Part shown: positions 1 through 8,760 of the stretch, one piece after another
How the letters are laid out: each line of letters opens with the position of its first letter
Position numbering within the stretch: the first letter of the stretch is position 1
Origin: a virus
Taxonomy: Duplodnaviria > Caudoviricetes
Direction: 5' to 3' (one strand)
DNA length: 64,000 nucleotides
IMG/VR virus record: IMGVR_UViG_645044602_000001
Span: 9,326 to 73,325 of that record
The notes under the pieces: generated by a model
The model's input: only the letters and a program-made list of their open reading frames with translations
What the model was told of the DNA's origin: nothing
Database searches by the model: none
Position numbers and translations under genes: made by a program

Positions 1-174
1 AAGCGTGTGCAACAACTCATGCCTGAAGCACTGGTGATCTTCACTGACCTTGCTGTGAACATTCCTCCCAAGCCTGATTGGGAAACCATCTGGTTTGTTC
101 CCACAATGGGAATCGGGGATTACTACCTGAAAGCAGTCACTTACGGTGACATCTACCTGATTCCGGAGAAGTGA
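1..174 (+). CDS. 3' end of vWA-like/metallopeptidase domain protein (N4 gp25-like), partial
   Basis: Open frame from base 1 (KRVQQLMPEALVIFTDLAV...YGDIYLIPEK*). The hhhFTD motif is typical of DUF2201/vWA C-termini, and the position fits N4-like gene order. Confidence 0.6.
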   Translation, partial: KRVQQLMPEALVIFTDLAVNIPPKPDWETIWFVPTMGIGDYYLKAVTYGDIYLIPEK

Positions 175-175
175 T

Positions 176-454
176 ATGCTGGTTCTCAAGCTCGAACTTC
201 ACAGTGCTCGGACTGGAGAAATCACTGAGATCGGACGTACCATCATCGCCAATGTTGGTGGTACGTCTGAACTTGGAAATTATCTCTGCAAGGTTGCTCG
301 CAAACAGCCTGATGGCTCTGAGTATTCCAACACCAAAACATGGAAGAGTCCTCTTCGGACAGGAACTATCACCAATTATCCACGACTTCGATACAATGTC
401 TGGAGGTTGGTGATTCGTTCTCTTCTTGCTGCTTTCCCGGAGGAACGCAAATGA
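176..454 (+). CDS. hypothetical phage protein (92 aa)
   Basis: ATG immediately after the upstream stop with a GGAG RBS; its stop overlaps the next ATG (ATGA). Confidence 0.7.
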   Translation: MLVLKLELHSARTGEITEIGRTIIANVGGTSELGNYLCKVARKQPDGSEYSNTKTWKSPLRTGTITNYPRLRYNVWRLVIRSLLAAFPEERK

Positions 455-915
455 ACTGGACTGAAGCAAATCTTCAAGGAGACGAAGAAGCTCGTCTTCT
501 TACTGCCTTGGAAGATGAACTGTACCGACCCACACCAGAAGAAGAACGTGATTACTGGTGTGGTGAAGGTCATTTGATCTTCCATGTGCTCTCATATGAC
601 CCAACCAGCAAATACTGTCCGTATGAAATCGACTATGATGATTACTCTGGTTGTGTTGGTGGTCTCAATGAATCTCTTGGAATTGATTATGCAGTGAATG
701 AAGGCATCCTCGATGTAGGAAAACTTCAAATCGGCATGACCTATGAAGTCCGAGGAATCACTGCACACTTCACCCGAGGAGATGGTTGGACGACTGATGA
801 TGACGTAGATTACTACGTCGAATCAGTCACCAAAAAGCTCTATCTCTCTCGATTCATCAACGCATGGTGGTGGAATCTCATTGGCCACCGAATCAGAAAC
901 TGGAGAAAGTCATGA
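451..915 (+). CDS. hypothetical acidic phage protein
   Basis: GGAGGA RBS before ATG 451 (MNWTEAN...); same frame as ORF 340..915; coupled to neighbours. Confidence 0.7.
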   Translation: MNWTEANLQGDEEARLLTALEDELYRPTPEEERDYWCGEGHLIFHVLSYDPTSKYCPYEIDYDDYSGCVGGLNESLGIDYAVNEGILDVGKLQIGMTYEVRGITAHFTRGDGWTTDDDVDYYVESVTKKLYLSRFINAWWWNLIGHRIRNWRKS

Positions 916-1391
916 CCAAAACCACTGCAAAACTAACTAAAGTCATCACGACTGAAGAATCCCCCAGCTACAAGCGTCAACGTATGCTGGAAGTCCGTCA
1001 GATCGTCGCAAACGCTGTGAATAACAACCAGCGTGTCGATCAACTGGGCTTCACTGGGACTGACATCGCTCGTTCTCAGATTGCCCTGCAAGATCTGCTG
1101 GACAAAGAACGTCAGAAGCATTCCCGTGCTCGTCACCACATCCTGAATCTGAAGGATGACACCATCTTCCTGTCTGATGTCATGCAAATGACCCAGACTG
1201 GTATGATGATGATCATCTCTGATCTGTCAGCCAAAGTGCTGCATCAGGACAAGATACTGAACGCTGCTCACGATGAATGTCATCGTCTGGCTTCCGGCTG
1301 GCAAGATGCCATGAAGAGTCAATATCAGACGCAGACTGAAAATGCTGCTCTGAAGACCACTCTGAAGGCAGCTATGCGAGATGCAGGATGA
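912..1391 (+). CDS. hypothetical coiled-coil protein
   Basis: GGAG RBS and ATGA overlap at 912 (MTKTTAK...). Confidence 0.7.
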   Translation: MTKTTAKLTKVITTEESPSYKRQRMLEVRQIVANAVNNNQRVDQLGFTGTDIARSQIALQDLLDKERQKHSRARHHILNLKDDTIFLSDVMQMTQTGMMMIISDLSAKVLHQDKILNAAHDECHRLASGWQDAMKSQYQTQTENAALKTTLKAAMRDAG

Positions 1392-1675
1392 GACAACGCT
1401 TATTCTGCGTCTGGAGGGTCGATGGAGAGTTCTCCATCACAGACATTGATGTGTCGTTCCGAGACAAAGACTTCAATACCATTGTCGCTGAAGCTATTCG
1501 TAAGGATGCTGATGACATGGGGATGTCTGCCTTCTTGAACCAAGAAGACAAAGAACAACACATCAAAAGCCTCATCGCCACAGCAACTGACCCCGACGAT
1601 CCGTCGTTCATTGGTTATGAAATGCCAATGGTCATTGTTGCTGATCCTGACAACATTGAATTCATTGGAGCTTGA
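1388..1675 (+). CDS. hypothetical protein (95 aa)
   Basis: ATGA overlap with the upstream gene; tightly packed in the operon. Confidence 0.65.
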   Translation: MRQRLFCVWRVDGEFSITDIDVSFRDKDFNTIVAEAIRKDADDMGMSAFLNQEDKEQHIKSLIATATDPDDPSFIGYEMPMVIVADPDNIEFIGA

Positions 1676-1676
1676 T

Positions 1677-2105
1677 ATGAGACCCGGATTCGACCAATGG
1701 GCTTTGGGACTGGCTGAAGCCGTCTCCAAACGCTCTCGTGACCCCTCTACGAAAGTAGGGGCGGTCATCATTCGTCCTGACAAGACGATTGCTTCAATGG
1801 GCTACAATGGCTTTCCTCGAACCATGGAAGACAAAGAAGAGTGGTGGTCTGATCGGCCACAGAAATACTCTCGTGTCATCCATGGGGAGATGAATGCTCT
1901 TCTCAACGCCAAAGAACCCGTGCTAGCAATGACGCTCTATTGCACTCATCCGTGCTGTGAGCACTGTGCAAAGCACATCATTGCTGCGGGTATCTCTCGT
2001 GTTGTCTTTGGCACCAGTGAGGAAATCCGTCAGCGTTTCGACATCGCAAAGTCTCTCGAACTCTTTGAAGACTGTGGTGTTGAAGTCATCGAACTGGAGA
2101 TCTGA
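1677..2105 (+). CDS. dCMP deaminase (zinc-dependent deaminase family)
   Basis: Motifs RSRDPSTKVGAVI, GYNGFP, HGEMNA (HxE) and PCCEHC (PCxxC-like); GGAG RBS before ATG 1677. Confidence 0.9.
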   Translation: MRPGFDQWALGLAEAVSKRSRDPSTKVGAVIIRPDKTIASMGYNGFPRTMEDKEEWWSDRPQKYSRVIHGEMNALLNAKEPVLAMTLYCTHPCCEHCAKHIIAAGISRVVFGTSEEIRQRFDIAKSLELFEDCGVEVIELEI

Positions 2106-2537
2106 ATGACACAAATCGGACAAATAGCTTCGGGAGCAAAACGTGAATCCATTGGAACCAAGATTGATACTGATCTGGTTCCATTTGAACTGATCGCAGC
2201 GGCTGCTGTCGGTCTGGGATTGGGTGAACACAAGTATGCTGCTCGAAATTTTGAGAAAGGATTGAGCTATCGGTCCTTGATCAACTCATTGGAACGACAC
2301 TGCAAAGCATTGAAAGATGGGGAAGAACTGGATGCTGATACTGGCATTCCTCATTACATGCTCATTGCATCCTCAACTGCTATGTTGGTTCACAACATCA
2401 TGCAGGGAGTCATCATTGATGACCGTGCTCCTCCAAAAGACTACAAACTCGACATCGCAGAGGTTGCAAAAGTCGCTCAGACTGAACTGACTAAAGCAAT
2501 CGAGTTCTGGGAGGCAAAGAAGAATGCAAACAAGTAA
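2106..2537 (+). CDS. dATP/dGTP diphosphohydrolase-domain protein (DUF5664-like)
   Basis: Pattern K-x-D-LVP ... G-xx-KY-xx-RN-[FW]-xKG ... SLERH ... GE-xx-D-x-DTG-xx-H. Confidence 0.75.
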   Translation: MTQIGQIASGAKRESIGTKIDTDLVPFELIAAAAVGLGLGEHKYAARNFEKGLSYRSLINSLERHCKALKDGEELDADTGIPHYMLIASSTAMLVHNIMQGVIIDDRAPPKDYKLDIAEVAKVAQTELTKAIEFWEAKKNANK

Positions 2538-3447
2538 TCTTGTCTACAGTCATCCCGGTCAGCCTCAAATGCAAGTTGAAGTCATTTTGGCTTCAGCTAC
2601 CAATACAGGCTCTCCTCCCATCTACAGCATTCGAATGAGATATCCTCGTCCCATTCATGGTGAGATCATGACTCATCGAGTCTTTGGGCGAAATGCTCGA
2701 TCTTCTCGTGCAGTCCCTGTCCAAACCATGCTGAATGAGGTTCGGACTATTCCCTATGTGCCTTGGCACTGGGGCAAGAACCAGAAAGGTATGCAGGCTT
2801 CTGAAGAATGTAACCAAGCTCTGATCTTCAAAGACTTTGAGAATCAAGACTTGATCCTCTCTCGTGAAGAAGCATGGTTGGCTGCCCGTGATGCGGCTGT
2901 GATGTATGCTGAAGCATTCATGACGGCTGGTTATCACAAACAGAACCCCAATCGACTGCTTGAACCTTTCTCTTGGATCGATACTCTCATCACAGCTACC
3001 CAATGGCAGAACTTTTTGTGGCTTCGTCAGCATCATGCTGCTGAACCACATCTTCAAGATCTTGCCAATTTGGTTGCTGAAGCAATGCAATACTGCACTG
3101 TTCAACATCTGGAACACGGTGAATGGCATCTGCCATACATCAGTGAAGAAGAGAAACGACTCTACCATACAGACGTGCTCAAAAAACTCTCTGCTGCCCG
3201 GTGTGCTCGAATCTCGTACAAACCGTTCAATGGTGAGGCTTCAATCGAAGCTGAACTAGATCGGTACAATCTTCTGGTGACAGATGAACGAGTCCATGCT
3301 TCTCCTCTGGAGCATCAGGCAACACCTGATGACTGGATCCCGACTATCCCAATTTCTGGGAAATGGGAAGCTCCCGACCTCCATGGAAATCTTACCCAAT
3401 GGATTCAGCACAGAAAGCTGATTCCAAATGAAGTTTACCATGGCTAA
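2524..3447 (+). CDS. thyX: flavin-dependent thymidylate synthase (ThyX-like)
   Basis: THRVFGRNARSSRA resembles RHRxxSxxxxSxR; also HKQ-xx-NRLLEPF, SAARCARISY and HASPLEHQA motifs of phage ThyX. Confidence 0.85.
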   Translation: MQTSNLVYSHPGQPQMQVEVILASATNTGSPPIYSIRMRYPRPIHGEIMTHRVFGRNARSSRAVPVQTMLNEVRTIPYVPWHWGKNQKGMQASEECNQALIFKDFENQDLILSREEAWLAARDAAVMYAEAFMTAGYHKQNPNRLLEPFSWIDTLITATQWQNFLWLRQHHAAEPHLQDLANLVAEAMQYCTVQHLEHGEWHLPYISEEEKRLYHTDVLKKLSAARCARISYKPFNGEASIEAELDRYNLLVTDERVHASPLEHQATPDDWIPTIPISGKWEAPDLHGNLTQWIQHRKLIPNEVYHG

Positions 3448-3496
3448 GACTCATGCTAAAGGGAGTCCCTGACCCTCAAGGGAAAGGACTCCCCCC

Positions 3497-4648
3497 ATGA
3501 GCAAGTATCATGATTACTGGGTCCAAAATGGGAAACCATCTTATACAGATGTAGCTCTCCATTTTGGTGTCAACGAATCCACAGCCCGAAAATCCATTAC
3601 TACCAAAGAAAAAAGGCTCAATTCCCGTGATCTTGCTGAACAAGCAGTGATTGATGGGATGGATGCTCTAGGCTTTGACGGTGTACCTGACGGGGGTTGG
3701 GTCAAATCCCAAACTCCAGACAAACACGGTCGGACCTATTCTTTCCGGTTCTCCAAAGAGAAAGAAGATGAAGAAAACAAGATTCAGCGTATTGCTGCTA
3801 TGTTCTCTTCCACCTCTCCAGTCCTTTTCACACCACCTCCTCTACTCCTCACCAAACGTGTGAAGAAAGCCTTCATTTCCATCAACGATCTGCATTCTGG
3901 TGCTCTCGCTTGGGGGAAAGAAACAGGCTACGGAGACTGGGATCTTGAGATCGCAATGTCCCGTCTTCATCAGTGGCTCTGCCGTCTCTTCGCTCATGTC
4001 GAAAAAGAAGGCGTTCAAGAGATCATCCTCTACTACAACGGTGATGTTCTCCACGCCAACGGCCAAGTCCCAATGACTGCCACTCACGGCTCAGATCACA
4101 TCCTTGATGTCGATTCTCGGCACTTCAAAGTCGTTGATGTCACTGGTGAACAAATCATCCATACTACTGATATCGCTGCACAAATCGCTGATGTACGTCT
4201 CGTCATCAAGCGAGGGAACCATGACGGAGATAGTTATCTGGCTCTGCTTCAGGGTGCCAAGTGGCGATACTTCAACCAACCAAACGTCACTGTTGAGATG
4301 GATCCCAATGCCTATTGGGCGCACATCTTCGGTAAAGTGGCTCTCTTTGGTCATCATGGTGACAAGATCAAACCTGATCGTCTCATCATGCAGTTCCTGC
4401 AACGCTATCGTAAAGATATTGCTGACGTAGAGCACATCACTGTCTGGACAGGAGACAAGCATCACCGTAAGGTCGAGCAGTTCCCCGGTGTGATGTGGGA
4501 ACAAGCCTCCAACTGGTCAGAACCTGATCTCTATGGTTCAGCTTTTGGAGAAACTGCGATGGCTCAAGCAGTCATCTATGATGAACTCGAAGGTGAGGTA
4601 TCACGGTTTACAGTGAAAGCCTCCCAAGTATTTGGAGACGACCAATGA
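3497..4648 (+). CDS. N-terminal HTH plus calcineurin-like metallophosphoesterase
   Basis: HTH-like start (VALHFGVNESTARK); DLH, GDVLH, GNHD, HHGD and GDKHH motifs. Confidence 0.8.
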   Translation: MSKYHDYWVQNGKPSYTDVALHFGVNESTARKSITTKEKRLNSRDLAEQAVIDGMDALGFDGVPDGGWVKSQTPDKHGRTYSFRFSKEKEDEENKIQRIAAMFSSTSPVLFTPPPLLLTKRVKKAFISINDLHSGALAWGKETGYGDWDLEIAMSRLHQWLCRLFAHVEKEGVQEIILYYNGDVLHANGQVPMTATHGSDHILDVDSRHFKVVDVTGEQIIHTTDIAAQIADVRLVIKRGNHDGDSYLALLQGAKWRYFNQPNVTVEMDPNAYWAHIFGKVALFGHHGDKIKPDRLIMQFLQRYRKDIADVEHITVWTGDKHHRKVEQFPGVMWEQASNWSEPDLYGSAFGETAMAQAVIYDELEGEVSRFTVKASQVFGDDQ

Positions 4649-4866
4649 TGGACAAAGCCAAAATTGAAAGCCTGTTTCGATATGCTCATCTTCCTGAGCA
4701 TCTTCAGGCTGTGAGCAAACCATTCCATGATCTTGCTCTCACTCTCGTTGCTGAACTGCCTCAGTCAGCAGAACTGACACTGGCTATTCGTAGCTTGTGG
4801 GAAGCGAAGAATCTCGCAGTCTTCGCAAAAGTGGAAGCCAAAGATAAGGAGGTGGCAAATGTTTGA
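4645..4866 (+). CDS. small helical-hairpin protein, possibly Acb2/Tad1-like
   Basis: FRYAHLP...LPQSAELTLAIRSLWEAK resembles the P-x-S-x-E-x-x-LA-xx-x-L-xEA hairpin; GGAG RBS. Confidence 0.5.
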   Translation: MMDKAKIESLFRYAHLPEHLQAVSKPFHDLALTLVAELPQSAELTLAIRSLWEAKNLAVFAKVEAKDKEVANV

Positions 4867-4972
4867 GTTCGTAATCGGAATGGGGGTGGGCCTTGTGCTG
4901 GGCTGGAATCTCATTCCTCAGCCCGCATGGGTACGCAACCTCTATTCCCGCTGGTTCGTAGAAGGGAGGTGA
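4859..4972 (+). CDS. small membrane protein (37 aa)
   Basis: AAGGAGG RBS; MFEFVIGMGVGLVLGWNLIPQPAWVRNLYSRWFVEGR* has one hydrophobic helix. Confidence 0.6.
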   Translation: MFEFVIGMGVGLVLGWNLIPQPAWVRNLYSRWFVEGR

Positions 4973-5017
4973 TCCCATATCTCCCTGTGATCCTACGGAT
5001 CCAGCGGTAACAATGAA

Positions 5018-5050
5018 GCCCCCCTGCCATTAGGTAGGGGGGTTTTTTTA
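5018..5050 (+). terminator. rho-independent terminator
   Basis: CCCCCCTGCC-ATTA-GGTAGGGGGG hairpin followed by a T7 tract. Confidence 0.85.
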
Positions 5051-5126
5051 TTGACTTTCAGTTTAATATGGTCATGCAAACCTGCACATGATAAAGCAAG
5101 CTAAACCAATCGCATGAGGGTATGAC

Positions 5127-5459
5127 ATGGCAGACGAAGTTCGATATGAATTCACCCGAGGTGATGATTTCAAAATCCCGATGACTCTCACAGACCCTGC
5201 CAACAACGGGGTTCCTGTCGATATCACCGGATGGACAATTGCTTCTCAGGTTCGATACGCTCGCAAACTGATTTCTGAACTCGACGTAACCATTACCAAT
5301 GGTCCTCTGGGTCAGTTCACCATCAGTCTTCCTCATGCTCAAACGGCTCTCTGGCCTGTTCGTGTTCTCAAATGCGACATTCAGTTTGATCGTCCAGTTG
5401 AAGGACGTGTCTCCTCACGTACCTTCCTGATTGACTGCATGGAGGATCAAACCCAATGA
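5127..5459 (+). CDS. structural protein with BppU-N/Ig-like beta fold
   Basis: RGDDF...PVDITGWTIASQVR...G.FTISL...CDIQF pattern typical of phage baseplate-upper-like domains; GAGG RBS. Confidence 0.6.
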   Translation: MADEVRYEFTRGDDFKIPMTLTDPANNGVPVDITGWTIASQVRYARKLISELDVTITNGPLGQFTISLPHAQTALWPVRVLKCDIQFDRPVEGRVSSRTFLIDCMEDQTQ

Positions 5460-5956
5460 GCGATCTAACCCTCAATGCAGTCTTTGGTCCTCAGTATGAG
5501 ATTGTCATCACCAACGATACTGTTGGTGTATCGGACAATTTTGACCTCACTCTTGAGGTATCTGAACCACTGAGAATCGCTGTTGGGACTGGATACAACA
5601 TCAATCAGACTTCCACAGGTACTTTGGATGTCCGAATCATCGCACTGGAGCCTGTAGGGGCTTATCGTGCTGTTGGTTACGATGGAATGTATACCCAACC
5701 TGACGTAGACAGTCTGGCAGCCTATGCCGGAGTCACACGGATGGCCACAGTTGCTGGCGATCCTATCAATGTGGTCCGGTCGGGCCTCATGACTGAAGGT
5801 GCGTGGAACTGGACATCAAATGCTCCAATCTTTATTGCAGCAAATGGTGTTCTCACGCAAACTCAACCTACTGCTGGGAACCCCGTCCGAAGGATCGGTT
5901 GGGCAATTTCTGCGACAGAACTCAACCTCGATCCTTATCCCATCATAGGAGTATAA
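5456..5956 (+). CDS. putative capsid decoration/fibre protein
   Basis: C-terminal G-VT-xx-A...G...WNW...PIF...G.LTQT.P...IG.A pattern; ATGA coupling. Confidence 0.55.
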   Translation: MSDLTLNAVFGPQYEIVITNDTVGVSDNFDLTLEVSEPLRIAVGTGYNINQTSTGTLDVRIIALEPVGAYRAVGYDGMYTQPDVDSLAAYAGVTRMATVAGDPINVVRSGLMTEGAWNWTSNAPIFIAANGVLTQTQPTAGNPVRRIGWAISATELNLDPYPIIGV

Positions 5957-5959
5957 CAG

Positions 5960-6466
5960 ATGCCTGATAAGTACCTCCAACACGATGCCGCTGGCGGTTT
6001 CCGCGAAGTGGAAGCTGTAGCGACTGGTGGAGCGGGACAGGCCAACAAGATCCCTGCCTTGGACTTGTCCGGTCGTCTCGATTCTACCATGATGCCTACG
6101 GGTATTGGTGCTGAAACCAGTATCGTACCTGCATTCGGTGCTCTTGCAGCAGGTGATCTCGTCAACGTCTACAATAACGTTGGTGTAATGCGTGCTCGTA
6201 AAGCAGACGCCTCAAACGGTACTGCCCCTGCCAATGGCTTTGTTCTGGCTGCTGTTGCAGACGGAGCCAACGCCACTGTCTACTGGGGTGGTATCAACGG
6301 TCAGCGTACAGGTATGACCCCCGGTCAGCATTACCTGTCTACCACTGCTGGGCTTTCCAACCACGTTGCTCCATCTACGGCAGGCAACGTCGTACAGAAA
6401 GTTGGTATTGCAGTGAGTTCCACTACGCTGATTTTCAACCCACAAGTTCCCATCTTGCTGGCCTAA
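5960..6466 (+). CDS. putative capsid decoration/fibre protein
   Basis: Ala/Gly-rich, LAAGDLVNV...ARKADA...ANGFVL...YLSTTAG...VQKVG.A; similar C-terminal pattern to the preceding gene. Confidence 0.55.
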   Translation: MPDKYLQHDAAGGFREVEAVATGGAGQANKIPALDLSGRLDSTMMPTGIGAETSIVPAFGALAAGDLVNVYNNVGVMRARKADASNGTAPANGFVLAAVADGANATVYWGGINGQRTGMTPGQHYLSTTAGLSNHVAPSTAGNVVQKVGIAVSSTTLIFNPQVPILLA

Positions 6467-6484
6467 GCGAAAAAGGGTGTCCCC

Positions 6485-6889
6485 ATGGCTGAACAACGTG
6501 CTCTTGTCCTTATTGATGGACAGATCCAAGAACTTCCGATTGGGGACACTCTTGCTGGAGTCGTAGGAAGTCCTTCTTCCATGGTTCAGACAGAAATCAC
6601 AGCAACTGCTTATTCAACAATGAATGATGATTTTGCAGGTAATGTAGTTCGTCGTATGAATAACTCTACAACTCAAACCATTACAGTTGAACCAAGTATG
6701 ACAGGAGGTCAGCCTGTTACTTTTATTCGTGTTGGTACAGGTGTAGTGACTTTTGCCGCAGGCTCTGGAGTCACCATTCTAAGCGCAGGAAGCCATCTTT
6801 CCATTGCTTCTCGTTATGGTTCTGCAACCCTTATTCCTGATGCTACAACCGCTAATACCTATTATCTAGTTGGACACTTGAACACATGA
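6485..6889 (+). CDS. putative fibre protein
   Basis: N-terminal ALVLIDGQIQELPIGDTL and C-terminal G.G.VTF.AG.GVT...Y.LVG.L fibre-tip pattern. Confidence 0.55.
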   Translation: MAEQRALVLIDGQIQELPIGDTLAGVVGSPSSMVQTEITATAYSTMNDDFAGNVVRRMNNSTTQTITVEPSMTGGQPVTFIRVGTGVVTFAAGSGVTILSAGSHLSIASRYGSATLIPDATTANTYYLVGHLNT

Positions 6890-7602
6890 TGAATCTTCTT
6901 CTTGGATCAATCGCATCTTCTTACAATCCACCAGCACCATCTTTATTGATGGTTTTACCTGCTGGTGTTCCGGATCCTATTATTAGGTATTCTCCAGAGT
7001 TTGTGACTTTAGATGTAAACAATCTTGTAAATGTTATTCTAAATCAAGGAACAGGTGGTGCTTCTTTTGATCTTCACCCACGTACTGCTAATAAACTCAA
7101 CATTTCTGTTGAAGCGACATGGGGAGGAAAAAAAGTATTCAACACAACTACTCATACTTCTGGTGGTTATCAAATCACTGGAGGTACAAACTGGCTTACT
7201 AATGCCAAAACCTTCATGACCACTTCTACGTATCAAAATGGTGCTGCAAACTTTACCAATTTTGATGCAATTGTTTCTGGTCGTGCTTCAGGTGCAGGTA
7301 ATGAATTTGAAATGGTTGGTAATAACGGCTCAAACCGTTTGTTTGGTAAACTTGATGTTGTTTATCGAAATGGTGTAGCTCTTGCGACCCCAACTTCAAA
7401 TGGATTCCTACCACTGTTAAAAACTACCATTGGTGGTTCTGAGTTTTCCAATAACTTTGAAGTTGGAACTGTTTTCTATGATAACTTTGCCACTTCTCGT
7501 TACTGGAGAGGTCTTACAGGTGAGCTTATGATCTGGAATACAGAACTAAACGCAACTCAAGTAGCAGATCTTCATACAGCTATGGTAGCTTTCTACAGTT
7601 GA
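6886..7602 (+). CDS. putative lectin (LamG/ConA-like) adhesion protein
   Basis: C-terminal WRGLTGELMIWNTELNATQV is a LamG-like ending; AT-richer codon usage than neighbours. Confidence 0.5.
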   Translation: MMNLLLGSIASSYNPPAPSLLMVLPAGVPDPIIRYSPEFVTLDVNNLVNVILNQGTGGASFDLHPRTANKLNISVEATWGGKKVFNTTTHTSGGYQITGGTNWLTNAKTFMTTSTYQNGAANFTNFDAIVSGRASGAGNEFEMVGNNGSNRLFGKLDVVYRNGVALATPTSNGFLPLLKTTIGGSEFSNNFEVGTVFYDNFATSRYWRGLTGELMIWNTELNATQVADLHTAMVAFYS

Positions 7603-7608
7603 GGAAAA

Positions 7609-7839
7609 ATGAAATCCATATTATCCATCAAACCAATCACAAAACTGGACCGCATCCTTCCGAGTGATCTTTACTATGCTGTAGATACTCAACAGCACCC
7701 CTTGAGATATCTTCATCTCTGTGGCACCAAGCTAACTCACGACAAGAACTATGCTTGGTATGGAACCAAGAGACAGTTCAGAAACCTCTGTCGTGAGCAT
7801 GAATGGGATGTACTCTCACTCATCAATCGTCCAAAGTGA
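7609..7839 (+). CDS. hypothetical protein (76 aa)
   Basis: GAGGA RBS before ATG. Confidence 0.55.
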   Translation: MKSILSIKPITKLDRILPSDLYYAVDTQQHPLRYLHLCGTKLTHDKNYAWYGTKRQFRNLCREHEWDVLSLINRPK

Positions 7840-7892
7840 GAATGCCCTGACTTTCTTTCGTTGGGTGTGTCTCCAATCAGAAAGGAACAGAT

Positions 7893-8441
7893 ATGTTTAC
7901 CCAACAACTCCCCGCTGAAGTCTTCCGTCTTCAACGGGAATTTATCAAGGCAATGGGTGGCAAGCTCGACTTTGCTTGGGCTGCTGAAACTCTCGTTGCT
8001 GAAGAAATCAAAGAACTTCGTGAAGCCTTCCAGAAGCCTGAACTCTCGGACGAAAACATCGGTGAGATCTTCAAAGAACTCTCTGATGTGATCTATGTCG
8101 TGGCTCACTTTTACAACGTGATGCCTATTTACGCTCCAGAAATCATCTCTGATGAGAGGAACCAGAAGATCCAGTCCATCCTTGATGAAGCTGCTATTCT
8201 GGTCTCCGAGGTGTGTCAGAAACTCCGTATCCCTCTCCCGCTGCTGCTGGCAGCCTATGAGCGTGTCCATGCCTCGAACATGAGCAAGCTGGGTGAAGAC
8301 GGCAAGCCTGTCTACCGTGAAGATGGGAAGGTCACAAAAGGACCGAACTACACCAAACCGGACATGGCTCCGTGGTGGATGCTTGGAAGCAATTCCAACG
8401 CAATGAAGCAGAAGCGAACCAAGGAGCAGAATAAATGCTGA
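7893..8441 (+). CDS. MazG-like/PRA-PH nucleoside triphosphate pyrophosphohydrolase
   Basis: EExxE...KELSDVIYV and VHASNMSKLGEDGKPVYREDGKVTKGPNY motifs. The last ~22 codons may be out of frame because of an indel near 8371. Confidence 0.85.
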   Translation: MFTQQLPAEVFRLQREFIKAMGGKLDFAWAAETLVAEEIKELREAFQKPELSDENIGEIFKELSDVIYVVAHFYNVMPIYAPEIISDERNQKIQSILDEAAILVSEVCQKLRIPLPLLLAAYERVHASNMSKLGEDGKPVYREDGKVTKGPNYTKPDMAPWWMLGSNSNAMKQKRTKEQNKC

Positions 8442-8752
8442 GATCGTTGAGTGATTCTGATTTCCAACTCGAAGTCAGACAACATCCTGACCCTATCATC
8501 ATCATGTTTACGGGTTCATGGTGTCAGCCATGCCAAAGAATGAAACCAACCTTTGAAGAGATGGCCTCTCAAATGGAAGGTGACATTCGATTCGCATACA
8601 TGGATGCTGAAGATGCCACAAATACTATGGCTGAACTCAACATCCGCACTCTGCCTTCTTTGACTTTGTTCGTGGATGGAATGATTCGAGAAGTCTATTC
8701 TGGAACCATGAACAAATCGGATCTGCGTTTCTGGATCAACAACAACATCTGA
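8435..8752 (+). CDS. trx: thioredoxin
   Basis: WCQPC active site, 105 aa, cis-Pro motif IRTLPS. Confidence 0.9.
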   Translation: MLRSLSDSDFQLEVRQHPDPIIIMFTGSWCQPCQRMKPTFEEMASQMEGDIRFAYMDAEDATNTMAELNIRTLPSLTLFVDGMIREVYSGTMNKSDLRFWINNNI

Positions 8753-8760
8753 GATTCGGC

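Noticed and set aside
2106-2537. 2-aminoadenine or 7-deazaguanine DNA modification system
   Set aside because: No PurZ, Que/FolE or DpdA-like genes are in the window; DUF5664 alone is insufficient.
8365-8441. Programmed frameshift at the end of the MazG-like gene
   Set aside because: The alternative frame (VVDAWKQFQRNEAEANQGAE*) ends right before the thioredoxin ATG and there is no slippery site; a missing base in the consensus is more likely.
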